A stretch of DNA of 64,000 bases, taken from Octopus sinensis (lineage: Eukaryota). The stretch covers positions 6,305 through 70,304 of the forward strand of contig NW_021833983.1 of NCBI RefSeq assembly GCF_006345805.1, given 5' to 3'. This document shows positions 10,813 to 24,191 of this stretch, in pieces (the stretch's first letter is position 1; each line of letters opens with the position of its first letter). A model generated the notes under the pieces. The model worked only from the letters and a program-made list of their open reading frames with translations, did no database searches and was not told the DNA's origin. The position numbers and the translations under genes are program-made.

Positions 10813-11064
10813 TGTGTTCATGTACGAAGCCTTTCAGCCTTTGAGTCAGGCGAAGTGCTAAGAAGTTCGCTTCCCAACAACATGGTTCCGCGTTCAAATC
10901 CACTACGAGGTTGTATCAAAACGTTTTCCGGATTAACAGTTCACCCATGGCTAGGCATGTTCTCATAGAATATTGGAAATGAATAACACTGCTTGTATGA
11001 CGATGACACTCATTTACAATCGTAGCACTATGTCAAGACACGGAGTCACAACTACACACACACA

Positions 11065-11095
<31 letters not shown>

Positions 11096-11478
11096 CATAC
11101 GTATATTGTTAATAATGTGTATGACTATTTTATCGTTTTCATATCTTTGTCGTAATATTGTATATTTCTTGGAAAACATGATGAATTTCCAAATGTGATT
11201 TCTTCTATAGAATCCCTGACAATGAAAAAGAATGGTTCAAATTACTCAGAGGTCGACTTTACTTTTCATCCTTTCGGGGTCGATAAATTAAGTACCAGTT
11301 GCGTGCTGGGGTCGCTCTAATCGACTGGCTCTCTATCCCAAAATTTCGGGCCTTGTGCCTAGAGAAGAAACGACTTAAAACGAAAGGTACAAAAATCTCA
11401 ATGTCATTGATTTCCTTGGGAAATATGGTCGATCTATCTGACCAGCTGATATGTTGTAGAAACACAGGTAAATATATA

Positions 11479-12327
11479 CGAGGTCTGATCAATAAGTATA
11501 TGGGATGTTGCCATAGTAACGAAGCTAAAGCGTGCAGAATGAAGCCGCTAGGTCAAGATTGATATGGAACTCTGCTGTGCATGTGCAATAAATTTTAATG
11601 TTCTATCTCACTTCCGCTGCTTACAGCAGTGCTTAGAAAGGTGTGTAGCGTATGATCGTCGCATTGACCATGAGAGAAAAAGCTGCTCAGAGGCCTACAC
11701 AAAGTTTCAGAAAGTGTATGGAGAGGAGTGTATGAGCCACACACAAGTGTACGAGTGGTTCAGACGTTTCCTAGATAGCCGAAAAAATGTCGATATTGAC
11801 GAACGTTCTGGGAGACCCACAACCAGCAGCTGTGAGGGGAGATCATCGAATTACCATCCATGAGTTATCAGCGGATGTACAGATTAGCTACGGTTCAGTT
11901 CAGTCCATTATCACTGACGATTTGGGCATGAGATGCGTGTCTGCCAAGTTTGTGCCAAAACTGCTTTCAGCTGACAAAAAAGATGGTTTCAGTTGCATAA
12001 GATCTCCTTGATTGTGTCGAGAAAGATGACAACTTTTTGAAAACTTTGCGTAGATCTCTGAGCAGGCATCGCCAAGTTTTTGGCAAAATGTGAGGCAGAT
12101 TCACTGCTCAGTTTTCTCTGACATACTCAATACGACAATCACACGCTACACACCTTCCTTCCAAGCACTACTGTAAACAGCGAAAGTGAGCTAGAATGTT
12201 AAAACTTAGTACACATGCACAGCAGAGTTGAAGGTCAATCTGTGCCTAGCAGCTTTACTCGCTTTACTTTGCGTACTTTAGTTTTGTTAGTATGGCAACA
12301 GTCCGGATACTTATTGATCATACCACG
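11479..12327 (+). mobile_element. Mariner transposon, internal-deletion derivative
   Basis: TA|cgaggtctgatcaataagtat ... atacttattgatcataccacg|TA TIRs; frameshifted N-terminal transposase (VYEWFRRF, RSGRP, FVPKLL); DDD catalytic domain absent. Confidence 0.9.
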
Positions 12328-12914
12328 TATATAGTACGTACCACCTTAGCATGTGTCCTCTACTATAGAACCGAATCTTGTGAATGAATTTGGTAGATGG
12401 AAACCGAAAGAAGTCCATCTTGTATATATCTCATTACCCGTTATGTCCCTTTTCTAAGATGCAGGAATGATTTGAAAGAAACTTAGCTCTTATTTCAAGC
12501 GTCAAGTACAAAGAGGATCACTAATTGCCCTGGATTCTGTACATTTATATAAGTGTGTAAATGCTTCTCTTACGTAAGGACATAAAGCTACAAACAAAAC
12601 ATACTAGAGTCTGCCTTGGTCTACCCAACGACGTCTCTTACAAGCAACTATTCAACCCTTAAAAAGTCTTACAGTATTTTATTGCGCCAGATAAGATCAG
12701 TTCTAGCGTGATTTATAAAGCTATGGTCGTTCATGTACGCATAGACGCATGTATGAACGCAATGTAGTCTTTTCTACGCTTGGCACAAGGCTCGAAATCT
12801 TTTGAGGAGGGGGGCCCAGTCGATTAGATCGACCCCAGTACGCAACTGGTACCTAATTTATCGACCCCGAAAGGATGAAAGGCAAAGTCGCCCTCATGAA
12901 TGTAATGTAATACA

Positions 12915-12947
<33 letters not shown>

Positions 12948-13368
12948 TGTATGTATGTATGTATGTATGTATGCATGTATGTATGTATGTATGTATGTAT
13001 GTATGTATGTATGTCATTATTCAGTTTATTTCTAGATTTCTCGCTAATAGGGAAAGAGCCGGTTTCTAACCTAGATCCAAGGCTCCTTCATTGGAATTTC
13101 AACATCAACAACAGGTTATGAATGTATGTATGTATGTATGTATGTATGTATATATGTATGTATGTATGTATGTATGTGTGCATATTTGTATTTTTTGCTT
13201 TATGTATATATTCTCATGCATATACTTGGATATCTAGACATGCTCATATATATTTAAATGATAAACTTCTGGAAAGTTCTACTGAGTTTTACAGTTCCAG
13301 TGTACGTATGCATGTATGCATGTAGAACGGTAGGTATGTGTGTATGCGTGTACATATATAGATATGTA

Positions 13369-13455
<87 letters not shown>

Positions 13456-13593
13456 ATATATATATATAATATATATTTATCTATATATATTTATATATAT
13501 ATATGGACCATTTTTCATGCCGAATTCTACTTGGTGGAATTATTAATTACTAGTTAATTAATTAATTTTACCCTTTATCATTATTAATTATAA

Positions 13594-13626
<33 letters not shown>

Positions 13627-13649
13627 TGTATGTATGTATGTATGTATAG

Positions 13650-13905
13650 AAACTGAAAAAAGCCTGTTGTATATATGTATGTGCGTGTATATGTTTGTGT
13701 CTGTGTTTGTTCCCCCCACCCAACATCACTTGACAACCGATTCTGGTGTGTTTACGTCCCCGTAACTTAGCGGTTCGGCAAAAGAGACCGATAAAATAAG
13801 AACTAGGCTTACAAAGAATAAGTCCTGGGGTCGATTTGCTCGACTAAAGGTGGTGCTCCATCATGGCCACAGTCAAATGACTGAAACAAGTAAAAGAGTA
13901 AAAGA
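13650..13905 (+). mobile_element. SINE family B 3' half
   Basis: cttgacaaccgattctggtgtgtttacgtccccgtaacttagcggttcggcaaaag...gaaacaagtaaaagag. Confidence 0.85.
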
Positions 13906-13912
13906 GTAAACA

Positions 13913-13945
<33 letters not shown>

Positions 13946-14146
13946 TAGAAAAATGAAATATCTTTTTATGGATAATTCGTTTAACCGATACCTGGGTAGC
14001 AAATTCACATCAGAAATAACACGGTTGAAGTTACGTGCCTAGGGCAGAGACTACGTGTTTTCGTGTGGAAATGTGTGTGTATTTTTATAAAATTTATGAA
14101 TAAATGAAAGAATGGAGTTGAACGACAAATTAACAAATTTCCTTTA

Positions 14147-14229
14147 TCTTCGACATATGTTTCGAAGGCTGCATATTCCTAATTGTGAAGGAATAAGGAG
14201 TACATTATGCCGCTTTCTCATCAGGAAAA
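14147..14229 (-). ncRNA. Hammerhead ribozyme, left arm copy
   Basis: Reverse-complement copy of 14839-14921; one stem I mismatch. Confidence 0.7.
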
Positions 14230-14838
14230 ACAAGGAATTTATGTCAACATCAAGATTCACAAAAACTTTTAGATGACTGCTCTCACGGAGCGCATAGCGA
14301 TAATGAGTGTCTCTTTAATATTCCTTTATAAGGAGTGACGTCAAACTGGTTGAATGTAGAAAATTCTAGAAGGTTCTAAAGGTTCAAGAGGTCAAACGAA
14401 GTAGGGAGAGAGAGGCCTAAGAAAAATAAGGTGATTTGGAACAGGTCGTATGTATGGTGGGTTTTGTTAAATTCTTTTGTGAATGAGTGTCTGTGTGAGT
14501 GAATGAATATAACTGTATTAATACCTATGTGTGTGTATGTATGTGCGTGAATGTGTATGTGGATGGGTAGATGTAAAAAAAAAACAGATAGTGGTGTTGT
14601 AGCAGATATGTGTCTGTGTGCTTGATTACTCTATCACCTTACTTTTCTTAGGCCTCTCTCTCCCTACTTCGTTTGAACTCTTGAACCTTTAGAACCTTCT
14701 AGAATTTTCTACATTCAACCAGTTTGACGTCACTCCTTATAAAGGAATATTAAAGAGACACTCATTATCGCTATGCGCTCCGTGAGAGCAGTCATCTAAA
14801 AGTTTTTGTGAATCTTGATGTTGACATAAATTCCTTGT

Positions 14839-14921
14839 TTTTCCTGATGAGAAAGCGGCATAATGTACTCCTTATTCCTTCACAATTAGGAATATGCAGC
14901 CTTCGAAACATATGTCGAAAA
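14839..14921 (+). ncRNA. Hammerhead ribozyme, canonical core with GUC site
   Basis: UUUUC CUGAUGA GAAAGCGGCAUA...UAUGCAGCCUUC GAA ACAUAUGU C GAAAA; stem I extends via UUCCUU/AAGGAA; predicted cut after 14916. Confidence 0.8.
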
Positions 14922-14989
14922 TAAAGGAAATTTGTTAATTTGTCGTTCAACTCCATTCTTTCATTTATTCATAAATTTTATAAAAATAT

Positions 14990-15063
<74 letters not shown>

Positions 15064-15082
15064 TATATATATATAATATATA

Positions 15083-15159
<77 letters not shown>

Positions 15160-15239
15160 ATATATATATAGTATATATATATATAATATATATATTATAT
15201 ATATATATACATGCAGCCATTTTTCTCCCTGATTACTTT

Positions 15240-16995
15240 GCCATGGATGCCAAAGACATTTTCCAATGGTTACCGTGAATCCATGTCACTATTTAATAAA
15301 GTTTATTCCATAACTATTGTAGGTCTTTACAGGCTTCCTCGTGCTCCTCAACTGTGTTTTGAAAAGTGCCTCACCAAAATCAATTCCTTTCTCCAAAACT
15401 CTGGGAACATATTAATGATGGGTGATTTTAATTTCCTTTATGTGAACTGGCCTACAAATACACGGAAGTTAGGTAACTGCACTACACCAGACAAAGCAGC
15501 AGCAGCCGCAGCCACAGCAGTAGCAGAATTAAGATTTAATTTAATGGATGAATTTTTCCTAACCCAAATTCTTCTTGAACCAACAAGACAAAATAAAACT
15601 ATCCTGGACCTGCTTTTAACAAACCTCTCTAGCGCCAACCATAGCTTTTCAGTTGAAAAGCCTCTTCTCTCTGATCCCGATATGGTACTCTGCAACCTTA
15701 GTGTTTGGCATACCAAAGTCAAACCAGTGACATTCATCCGAGTGCACCTGTTCGACAACATCAATCTTCACAAAGCGGACTGGGGATCTCTCACTTATCG
15801 ATTGATCCTTCACTCACCGTTCCTCTGATATTGAAACAACAAGGCATCGCTTTGAGAATATTGTTACTTATACATGCTCAAAACCCGCTCCTACGAAACT
15901 CACAAGCACGAACAGAAATCGGCTCCCAAGAGAGAAATAAACACTCAATAAATACAATAAAAAAACTCAATAAATACAATCAAACAATTAAAATTCAACT
16001 ACTAACAACATCCACAATCAACAGCAATAAGAAGACTTGAGTTGAAAAATATTATTCGCAGACAGTATGAAAACCTACATCAACAACCAAAGAGCTGCAG
16101 AGGAAAACCGGGTAACCAAAAAATCAAAAAAAAAAAAAAAAAAATCAAACAGAACCTGAAAGTGTTCTATTTATATGCCAACAAGTATAGGACTGCTGTC
16201 TCATCTGTTTGGTCCACTGATTGATGACAACAGCATTCTTCACCATGACACCAAAGGAATAGCAAAAATACTGCAGAAACTATACAGATCTGTCTTTAGT
16301 GATCCCACTGATATTGACGCAACGGATCTGAACGAACTCCGTCCCCAACATATCAAATTTGACATAACTTTTACTGCGTCAGACAGCATAGATGCAATAA
16401 ATGGAATCAAGTGTTATTCTGCTGTAGGCACCAATAGATTCCCCGCTGGTGTCCTGAAGGAATGTAGACACCAACTTGCAATCCCTCTAACCAACCTCTG
16501 GAGAAATTCTTTAAACTTTGGCTATATACCGAAACAGTTCTTATCCCAGTTTATTATCCTGGTCTTCAAAAACGGAAACAGGTCTCTTGCAGTTAACTAT
16601 CGCCCAATCTCACTCACCTCCCATATCAACAAAGCGTTTGCGAGAGAGGTGAGATCAAGGACAACTGGTTTCCTGGGGAGCCACAATCTTCTAAATTTCA
16701 ACCAGCATGGCTTTCCTTGCGGCAGATACTGCCTAATAAAGCTTTTACATCACATCGATAATGCCCTAAAAGCTTTGGGATCAGGTTAAAACTCTCTCAT
16801 ATACCTTCACTTCAGCAAAGCGTTTGATACATTCGACCACAATATCCTCCTGTTAAAAGTGTCCAATATTGAAATACGTGTCAAACTGCTGCATTGCATT
16901 AAGTATTTCCAGGTGAACAGAACACAACCGATTACAACAGGTATAGTCCACTCATGCCCAGGAAAAGTCACCAGTTGTGCCACCCCCAGGGGTTG
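15240..16995 (+). mobile_element. CR1/L2-like LINE ORF2 fragment (APE endonuclease plus RT), degenerate
   Basis: GLYR, MGDFN, EPTR..ILDLLLTN (endonuclease); NYRPISLTSH, QHGF, HFSKAFD (RT); many stops and frameshifts. Confidence 0.9.
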
Positions 16996-17122
16996 TCGCT
17001 TGGTGGAGTGGTGTCAATAGTCTATATAAACCACATCTCAAGCGTCATCAAACACAGCAAAGTAAAAATGAAATACTAAAAGGACTTTTTAGTCTCTCTC
17101 CCTTGCCCCCTCTCTCTGTGAA

Positions 17123-17181
<59 letters not shown>

Positions 17182-17269
17182 ATCTATCTGTCTGTCTGTC
17201 TATTGTCTGTCTGTATGTGTCTGGCTGTCTGCTTGTCTGTCTGTCTGCTGTCTGTCTATATCTATCTAG

Positions 17270-17339
<70 letters not shown>

Positions 17340-17419
17340 ACATACACACACGCACACACATACACACATGAATGTAAAATGACGTGCGTGTGTGTGGAAA
17401 TGCTTGTTTGTCGATGCAA

Positions 17420-17451
<32 letters not shown>

Positions 17452-17477
17452 TCCCAAGTAAGTATATATATATAGTT

Positions 17478-17645
17478 GAAATTTACAGAAAAACAAAAGA
17501 TGAAGGCAGGCGTATAAACAACAAGCAGGTGGGTGTATTAGTTTGACGCTTAGGAAGGTGAGGAAGTCTTTTACGTTTCGAGCCTACGCTCTTCAACAGA
17601 AGGGAGCACGAGGAAATAAACAGAGAGAGAGAATAAAAAACTTTT
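17478..17645 (-). mobile_element. Family D HHR repeat
   Basis: Minus strand: CUGUUGA A GAGC GUAG GCUC GAA ACGU A AAAG (17568-17603). Confidence 0.75.
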
Positions 17646-17660
17646 GGAGTTAGTATACAA

Positions 17661-17719
<59 letters not shown>

Positions 17720-17992
17720 ACATACACACATGCATGTACAAGGCTACAAAGAAAACCTTGTGACGTCAGGTAACAGTTATCTATACCAACGTCTTCGCAT
17801 TCCTCTCTGGTCAGTCGAACATTTAACCATAAAAATTACTGACTTTGCTTCAATTTTTCGCCCCCTACCATCCACCTACACCATCACTCCCGTCTCTCTC
17901 TCTCTCTCTCTCTCGTTCTATTATATCTTACTGTATCTTCCGTCTCTCTCATCCATACATATTTCCTCTACATTTATGTCTCTACCCTTTCT

Positions 17993-18037
<45 letters not shown>

Positions 18038-18298
18038 CTCACCCTCGCTTCTTGTGTTTCTGTCTGTCTGTCTGTCTGTCTCTCTTTCTCTCTCTCTCAT
18101 ACCTGCGTATATATGTGTAGGTTTGGATATATATATATATATATATGTGTGTTTGTGTGTGTGTGTGTTTGAAAACAATATATACATTTAATATGTATAT
18201 GCATATGCCTATATGTATACATATATATGTACACACATACACAAACATGTTAGTATCTTGCACACTACACACACATAGTTAAATATATTCAGATAGAT

Positions 18299-18392
<94 letters not shown>

Positions 18393-19064
18393 TCCCCCCC
18401 ATTTTGTTTACTTAGTACCTCTTTATAACTCTCTCTCTCTCTCTCTCTCTCTATCTCCCTCCCGCTCTCACAAACATTCACAATCTCTATTTTCCTCCCT
18501 ACCCCACTCTTTCTTTAAATACTTATCTCAAACCATTCCTCCCTCCATTTGTTCACCCCTTTCACTCCCCCCTCCATTACTCATTTATCTCCTCCTTTCC
18601 TCTCACTTTCCTCCTACCTATATGTTCATTGATACTGCACTATTTCCATTACACCTAAAATAAAATACTAAGGCTGACAAAGAAGAAAAAAATTAAGGCT
18701 AAAAGATACAATCTCCTCAATTCTTACTTCCTTTTATCATTGCCCTTTTTTCCCTTTCATTTTTTTTTCTTCCTATTTTAGTGAATTATCGGTTACTTTA
18801 TCAAAAAAATTTGAATTCCAGGCTAAGCATTTAAAAAGTCGTCTGCAAACAAAGTGTATTTTGTCTTCGTCCGAAATGTTATCTGGTTGTAATAGAGTTC
18901 CGTTAATGTCGGCAGCGATCGAGATAATACGTGAAATATATATTATGGAAGCCGGTCGGCCGATAATACATGAATGCATACATACATATATATGTATGTG
19001 TGTGCGTGTGTGAGTGTATGTATGTATGTATGTATGTATGTATGTATGTATGTATGTATGTATG

Positions 19065-19099
<35 letters not shown>

Positions 19100-19131
19100 A
19101 TATATACACAAAGATATGCATACGTATCTAT

Positions 19132-19165
<34 letters not shown>

Positions 19166-19257
19166 TTATATAAGTGTGTGTGCGTATGTGTATGTGTGTG
19201 TATAGAGTGTGCTTATTTTCGGATATATGATCCACTGACGATATATGTATTGTCAGT

Positions 19258-19303
<46 letters not shown>

Positions 19304-19690
19304 GTTCTGCGCATGTAACCCAAACATACTACCATACGTATGTCACGTACGTACGCGCCTTCCACTGTGTGCATGTTTATGCATGTTTGTATATGAGTGT
19401 GTGTGTGTGTGTAGTTAACGGCTAACATATTTTTATGCGTGACATACTCCATATGTATATATATCGTGTGTGTGTGTGTACGCTTAGTTATAATAAAGAG
19501 AATTCTACATTAATTTGATGGGTTATTCTACTCTTATGTAGTATTCTTAAAGAACAAGAATATTGTTGACAGTCGCTTCGAAGTTTCTGCAACTTATGCC
19601 ATTGTTGGACTGTTAAGCCATCGTTGGTAGTCCGACGATGGCGTAACTGTCCGAAATTTCGATGTCACTGTCTATAATATTCGTCTTTAA

Positions 19691-19787
<97 letters not shown>

Positions 19788-19836
19788 GTGTGTGTTGTGT
19801 GTGTGTGTGTGTGTGAGTGTGTGTGAGTGTGTGTGT

Positions 19837-19869
<33 letters not shown>

Positions 19870-20066
19870 GTGCCACAAAAATTCCGATTTGAACTGCAAT
19901 TGAAGATGTAATTTTTGTGACTCCTCTTTCTAAAGCGGCTAGAAGTGGCTTCCCTTTGAGTCGTTAGGTATAGATTAAAGCAGAAAAGAAAATGAAAACG
20001 GTTTGGCAAGACTTGACAGGGACATTTAATTTAGCTATATAGTAAAATTTAACTATATAATAAAAG

Positions 20067-20150
20067 TCTCTGGCAGCTGTTTCTAGAATGTCTCAGCTAT
20101 TGGAATATCAGCGAAGATTCCATATGCTGGGTATACCGTCTTCGGAGAGA
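20067..20150 (-). ncRNA. HHR-like motif at the edge of a foldback
   Basis: UCUCU CCGAAGA ...CAGCAUAUGGAAU/AUUCCAAUAGCUG... GAA ACAGCUGC C AGAGA; perfect 5-bp stem I, two core-adjacent substitutions. Confidence 0.5.
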
Positions 20151-20453
20151 GATAAATTAAACATATGTAACATTTGAAGAAAATTTCTCATCAACGATAA
20201 TTATTATTGTACATTATGTCTAGGAAAAAGTCAATCCGATTAAAACGAGTATTCATAAGGTAAATCCATTTTTCCTCGCCATGGATTACTATCGAAACAT
20301 TTTCATGGATTTACTGTTTTAATCGGATATAACTGGATTTCTCCGCCATTCTAGACATAATGAACCATAACAACTATCGTTGGTGAGGAATTTTCTTCCA
20401 ATGTTACATATGTTTAATCTCTCTCTCTCTCTCTCAGCCTATGGAATCCTCGC
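20111..20453. repeat. Nested imperfect foldback
   Basis: Arm pairs 20145-20225/20350-20425, atccgattaaaac/gttttaatcggat and gtaaatccat/atggatttac. Confidence 0.75.
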
Positions 20454-20756
20454 TCGACACGATGGATGAATCCAAAGTGGTGGACCAACAAAACTATAAA
20501 GCCGAATTGAATGCCTTGCCGTATTTTCTTCCGGCTTTTTGCGCTCTGAGTTCAAATCCTACACTAATTATTTCTTTTGTCTTTCCGGGTGAAATTGAAA
20601 AATCAATCCAGGGTGGCGCATGCTAGGATATCTTGCACAATTTGTTCTACTCTGCGGTCAAATACCGCCATGGCCTACAGAACAGATTTATGTTATAACC
20701 AGCATAAGAGTACTTGTAAACTTTGTGTGTGCATGTGTGTGTGTAATATATATGTA

Positions 20757-23700
20757 GGCTCGGCACTCTTCCGGCAGTTCCTGCAATCAAGCTGATGCCA
20801 AACGTAATGCTCTGTACTCCTTTGGACTACATCAGCAAGGTCGAGAGAGGAATCCTGACGATTTTCTTATTTCTAACCCAGGCCTGCGCAAAAACTGGAG
20901 AGGATACTTCAGTGCTGCTGTAAAAAGTGGCAGAAAAAACACGGGAGGTAGCAGTTACGATTGATAAGTCCATTCATATTGGCGTAAGATATGGGCGCTA
21001 CGGGTTACCTCTGACGGTGGGAGGGACCCCTGTGTCCCACTGGTTAGCTATTGCCCACCTCAAGCTGGGCAGCCCCCAGTTAATAAGGTGCTGTCCCGCC
21101 ACAGGCCGCCTGCTTCATTGGGTGCTTGGAGCTAAGAGTTTGGTTTGAAAAACGGCCTGCAACCTCTACACCAGGCAAACAACTAAAAGACAAGAAACCA
21201 CCAGTCCTGCGGTTAGCAAGTTGGAATGTCAGGACCATGTGCCCTGGCATATCTGATGATCTACTCAGGGTTGAAAACACAAGAAAGACGGCCATCATTG
21301 ACCGTGAAATAAAGAGGCTTAACATAGACATTGCTGGACTGCAGGAGACAAGACTCACCTCAAACGGCAAACTCAAAGAACAGGATTTCACCTTCTTTTG
21401 GCAGGGAAGCGATTCAGAAGAACCCGTCAGCATGGTGTTGGCTTTGCAGTGAGAAACTCATTACTCTCCTCAATAGAACCATCATCAGGAGGCAGTGAGT
21501 GTATCCTCTCACTGCGCCTCTTGACTTCTTCTGGTTTAGTACATCTACTGAGCATCTATGCTCCCGCTCTCTACAGCTCAGAGGAGACCAAGGACCTGTT
21601 CTACAAATATCTCAACTGTGTCATTAGAAATATACCAACCAATGAAAACATCTACCTTCTAGGAGATTTTATCGCTCGCGTGTGATCTGACCATGATTCG
21701 TGGCCCATTTGTGTTGGACACTTCGGTATTAGCAACATGAATGACAATGGTCAGAGACTACTTGAATTTTGCACATACCATAACCTGTGCATCACCAACA
21801 CATTCTTTGCCAACAAGCCATCCCACAAGGCATCTTGGAGACATCCAAGATCTCACCACTGGCATCAGCTGGATATCATCATTACACGAAAATCTCTTCT
21901 GAATTCTGTTCAACTGACCCGTAGTTACCACAGCGCGGATTGTGACACAGATCATTCACTAATAAGAAGCAGGGCGAGGATTCTGCCTAAAAATGTCCAT
22001 CACTCCAAGAAAATGGGCCGACCACGCATTAACACTGCCAGAACCTCGGACCCTACATTGCGAAAATGTTTTGCTGTTTCTATCAAGGTTTCCCTCAGTA
22101 GCTGCCCAACCTCCTCTGCTGAAAGTAGGTGGAATTATATCAGGGAAGCTTTGTATACCACATCAATAGATACTTTCGGCATGAGAGAAAGGCAAAACCC
22201 AGATTGGTTCAGTACTGGGCTCTCAGAGCTGGAACCAGTTATCGAAGCAAAGCGTGGAACTCTGATGCAATACAAGAGTGATTCTTCTACAAAGTCACTC
22301 GAAGAACTCAGAAAGGTAAGAAATAAAACCCAACTGACTGCTAGACGCTGTGCAAATAGGTATTGGCAGGAAATCTGTCAGAGTATCCAGTCAGCTGCTG
22401 ACAGTGGGATGTATGCCGGTTTGAAGAAGGCCCTCGGTCCATCCGTAGCCAAGTCAGCTCTTCTGAAATCAACTACTGGAGATTTCATCAAGGACCAAAG
22501 CAAGCAAATGGATAGATGGGTGGAGTACTACCAGGATCTCTACTTACTGGAGACCACGGTAGCTGAGGCTGCAATCGAGGGTGTCAAGATCTTGCCAGTC
22601 ATGTGCGAACTTGACAGTCTGCCACCTATAGCAGAGCTCACCAAGGCTATTGACTCCTTAGCAAGTAACAAGGCTCCGGGAAAAGACAGCATCCCCTAGA
22701 GATCATCAAAGCCGGCAAAAACACCATCCTGCTTCGGAACCTTCATGAGTTTCTGTGTCAGTGCTGGGAAGAGCTCAGGATATGCGGGATGATAACATCA
22801 TTACGCTTTACAAAAACAAAGGTGACCGTGGTGATTGTAACAATTACTGTGGAATATCTCTTCTAAGCACTGTTGGAAAGCCCTTTACTCGCGTTATCCT
22901 GTCCAGGCTACAACTGCTTGCTTCTCGAATTTATCAGAATCGCAGTGTGGCTTTAGAAGAAGCAGATCAACTATTGACATGATATTCTCCATACGCCAAC
23001 TTCAGAAGTCCAGAGAGCAGAAAATGCCATTATATATGGCATTCATTGATCTGACAAAGGCCTTTGACTTGGTAAGTAGAAAAAGCCACTTCATCCTGCT
23101 CCAAAAAAATCGGATATTCACCAAAGCTGCTGAGGATCATCAAATCTTTCTATGAGGATAAGCAAGGCACCATACAGCACAATGGTTCAACATCAGCCGC
23201 CTTACATATTGGAGACCAGAGACTACAGAAAGTAGAGAAGTTTACTTATCTTGGCTCTACCGTCACCTCTCTGAGTTCAATATACACATTGGCAAGGCAG
23301 CTGCTGTGATGGCCCAATTCTCCAAACGGGCATGGGACAACAATAAGTTGACCAAGACCACAAAAATGAAGATTTACTTCCGGAAAATCCTTGGCATCAA
23401 ATGGCACAATCATGTCCCCAATAAAGATGTCCTCAAGCAAGCAGGAACACCAAGCATGTTTGCACTCCTCACACAAAGACGTATGAAATGGCTTGGACAT
23501 GTTAGCCGTATGAAAGATGGCAGAATCCCCAAGGACATACCCAACGGAGAGCTTGCTAGGGGCACTAGGTCTGTGAAAGCCTTCGACATCAATATTAGCA
23601 ACTGGGAAGCAGTTGCCAGCAACCGTGGAGATTGGCGACGTACCGTAAAAGAGGGAACACAAAGGAGTGACAGAGGGAGAGAGGAGAAATGGAAAGACAA

Positions 23701-23902
23701 GAAAAGACGTCAACAAGAAACTATGGCATTACAACCAGCCAGGCAAAGTCTTCGCTACATTTGCGGCACCTGCCAGAGGGAGTATTTGTCCAGGATAGGA
23801 CTACACAGCCACAGCAGGAGATGTATTAGGACATGAAATGTAAAAGCCGGACTAGATTATTTTATGCGCAACCGAGACAAAAAGGATGCCAACAACAACA
23901 AC
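20757..23902 (+). mobile_element. RTE-clade (BovB-like) LINE, long degenerate copy lacking the RT core
   Basis: LASWNVRT, GLQETRL, LLGDF, TDHSL (endonuclease); KAPGKD, FIDLTKAFD, FTYLGS, WLGHV.RM.DGRIPK; C-terminal CxxC..GLHSH; (CAA)n tail. Confidence 0.93.
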
Positions 23903-23941
23903 ATCTATATCTATATCTATCTATCTATCTATCTATCTATA

Positions 23942-24026
<85 letters not shown>

Positions 24027-24191
24027 TATATATTATATATATATATATACAATTATTATATCAAGGGCCATTACTATAAGTAACACCTCATGCTGTAACG
24101 GGACTCTACAGTCAAACTACTTCAATAAATATGCACAGGCACCGAAATCGTGGGAATGACATAGAAGTTCCTTTTAAAAAAAGAGGTTTAG

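Larger units (their letters stand above)
14080..14988. repeat. Near-perfect 356-bp inverted repeat with 197-bp spacer (inverted Penelope-type pLTR pair)
   Basis: Arms 14080-14435 and 14633-14988, about 3 mismatches seen by eye. Confidence 0.95.

Noticed and set aside
9983-10844. Long ORFs of HTYI/MYVC repeats (and many similar ORFs across the window)
   Set aside because: They are read-throughs of ATGT/TA/CA microsatellites that lack stop codons, not genes.
18773-18965. Minus-strand open stretch with a possible acceptor (tttgtttgcag)
   Set aside because: The donor is weak, the exon would be ~46 nt and there is no recognisable homology.
21253-21259. CUGAUGA inside the RTE ORF (also tcatcag at 34309-34315)
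   Set aside because: Explained by codons; no GAAA or stems follow.
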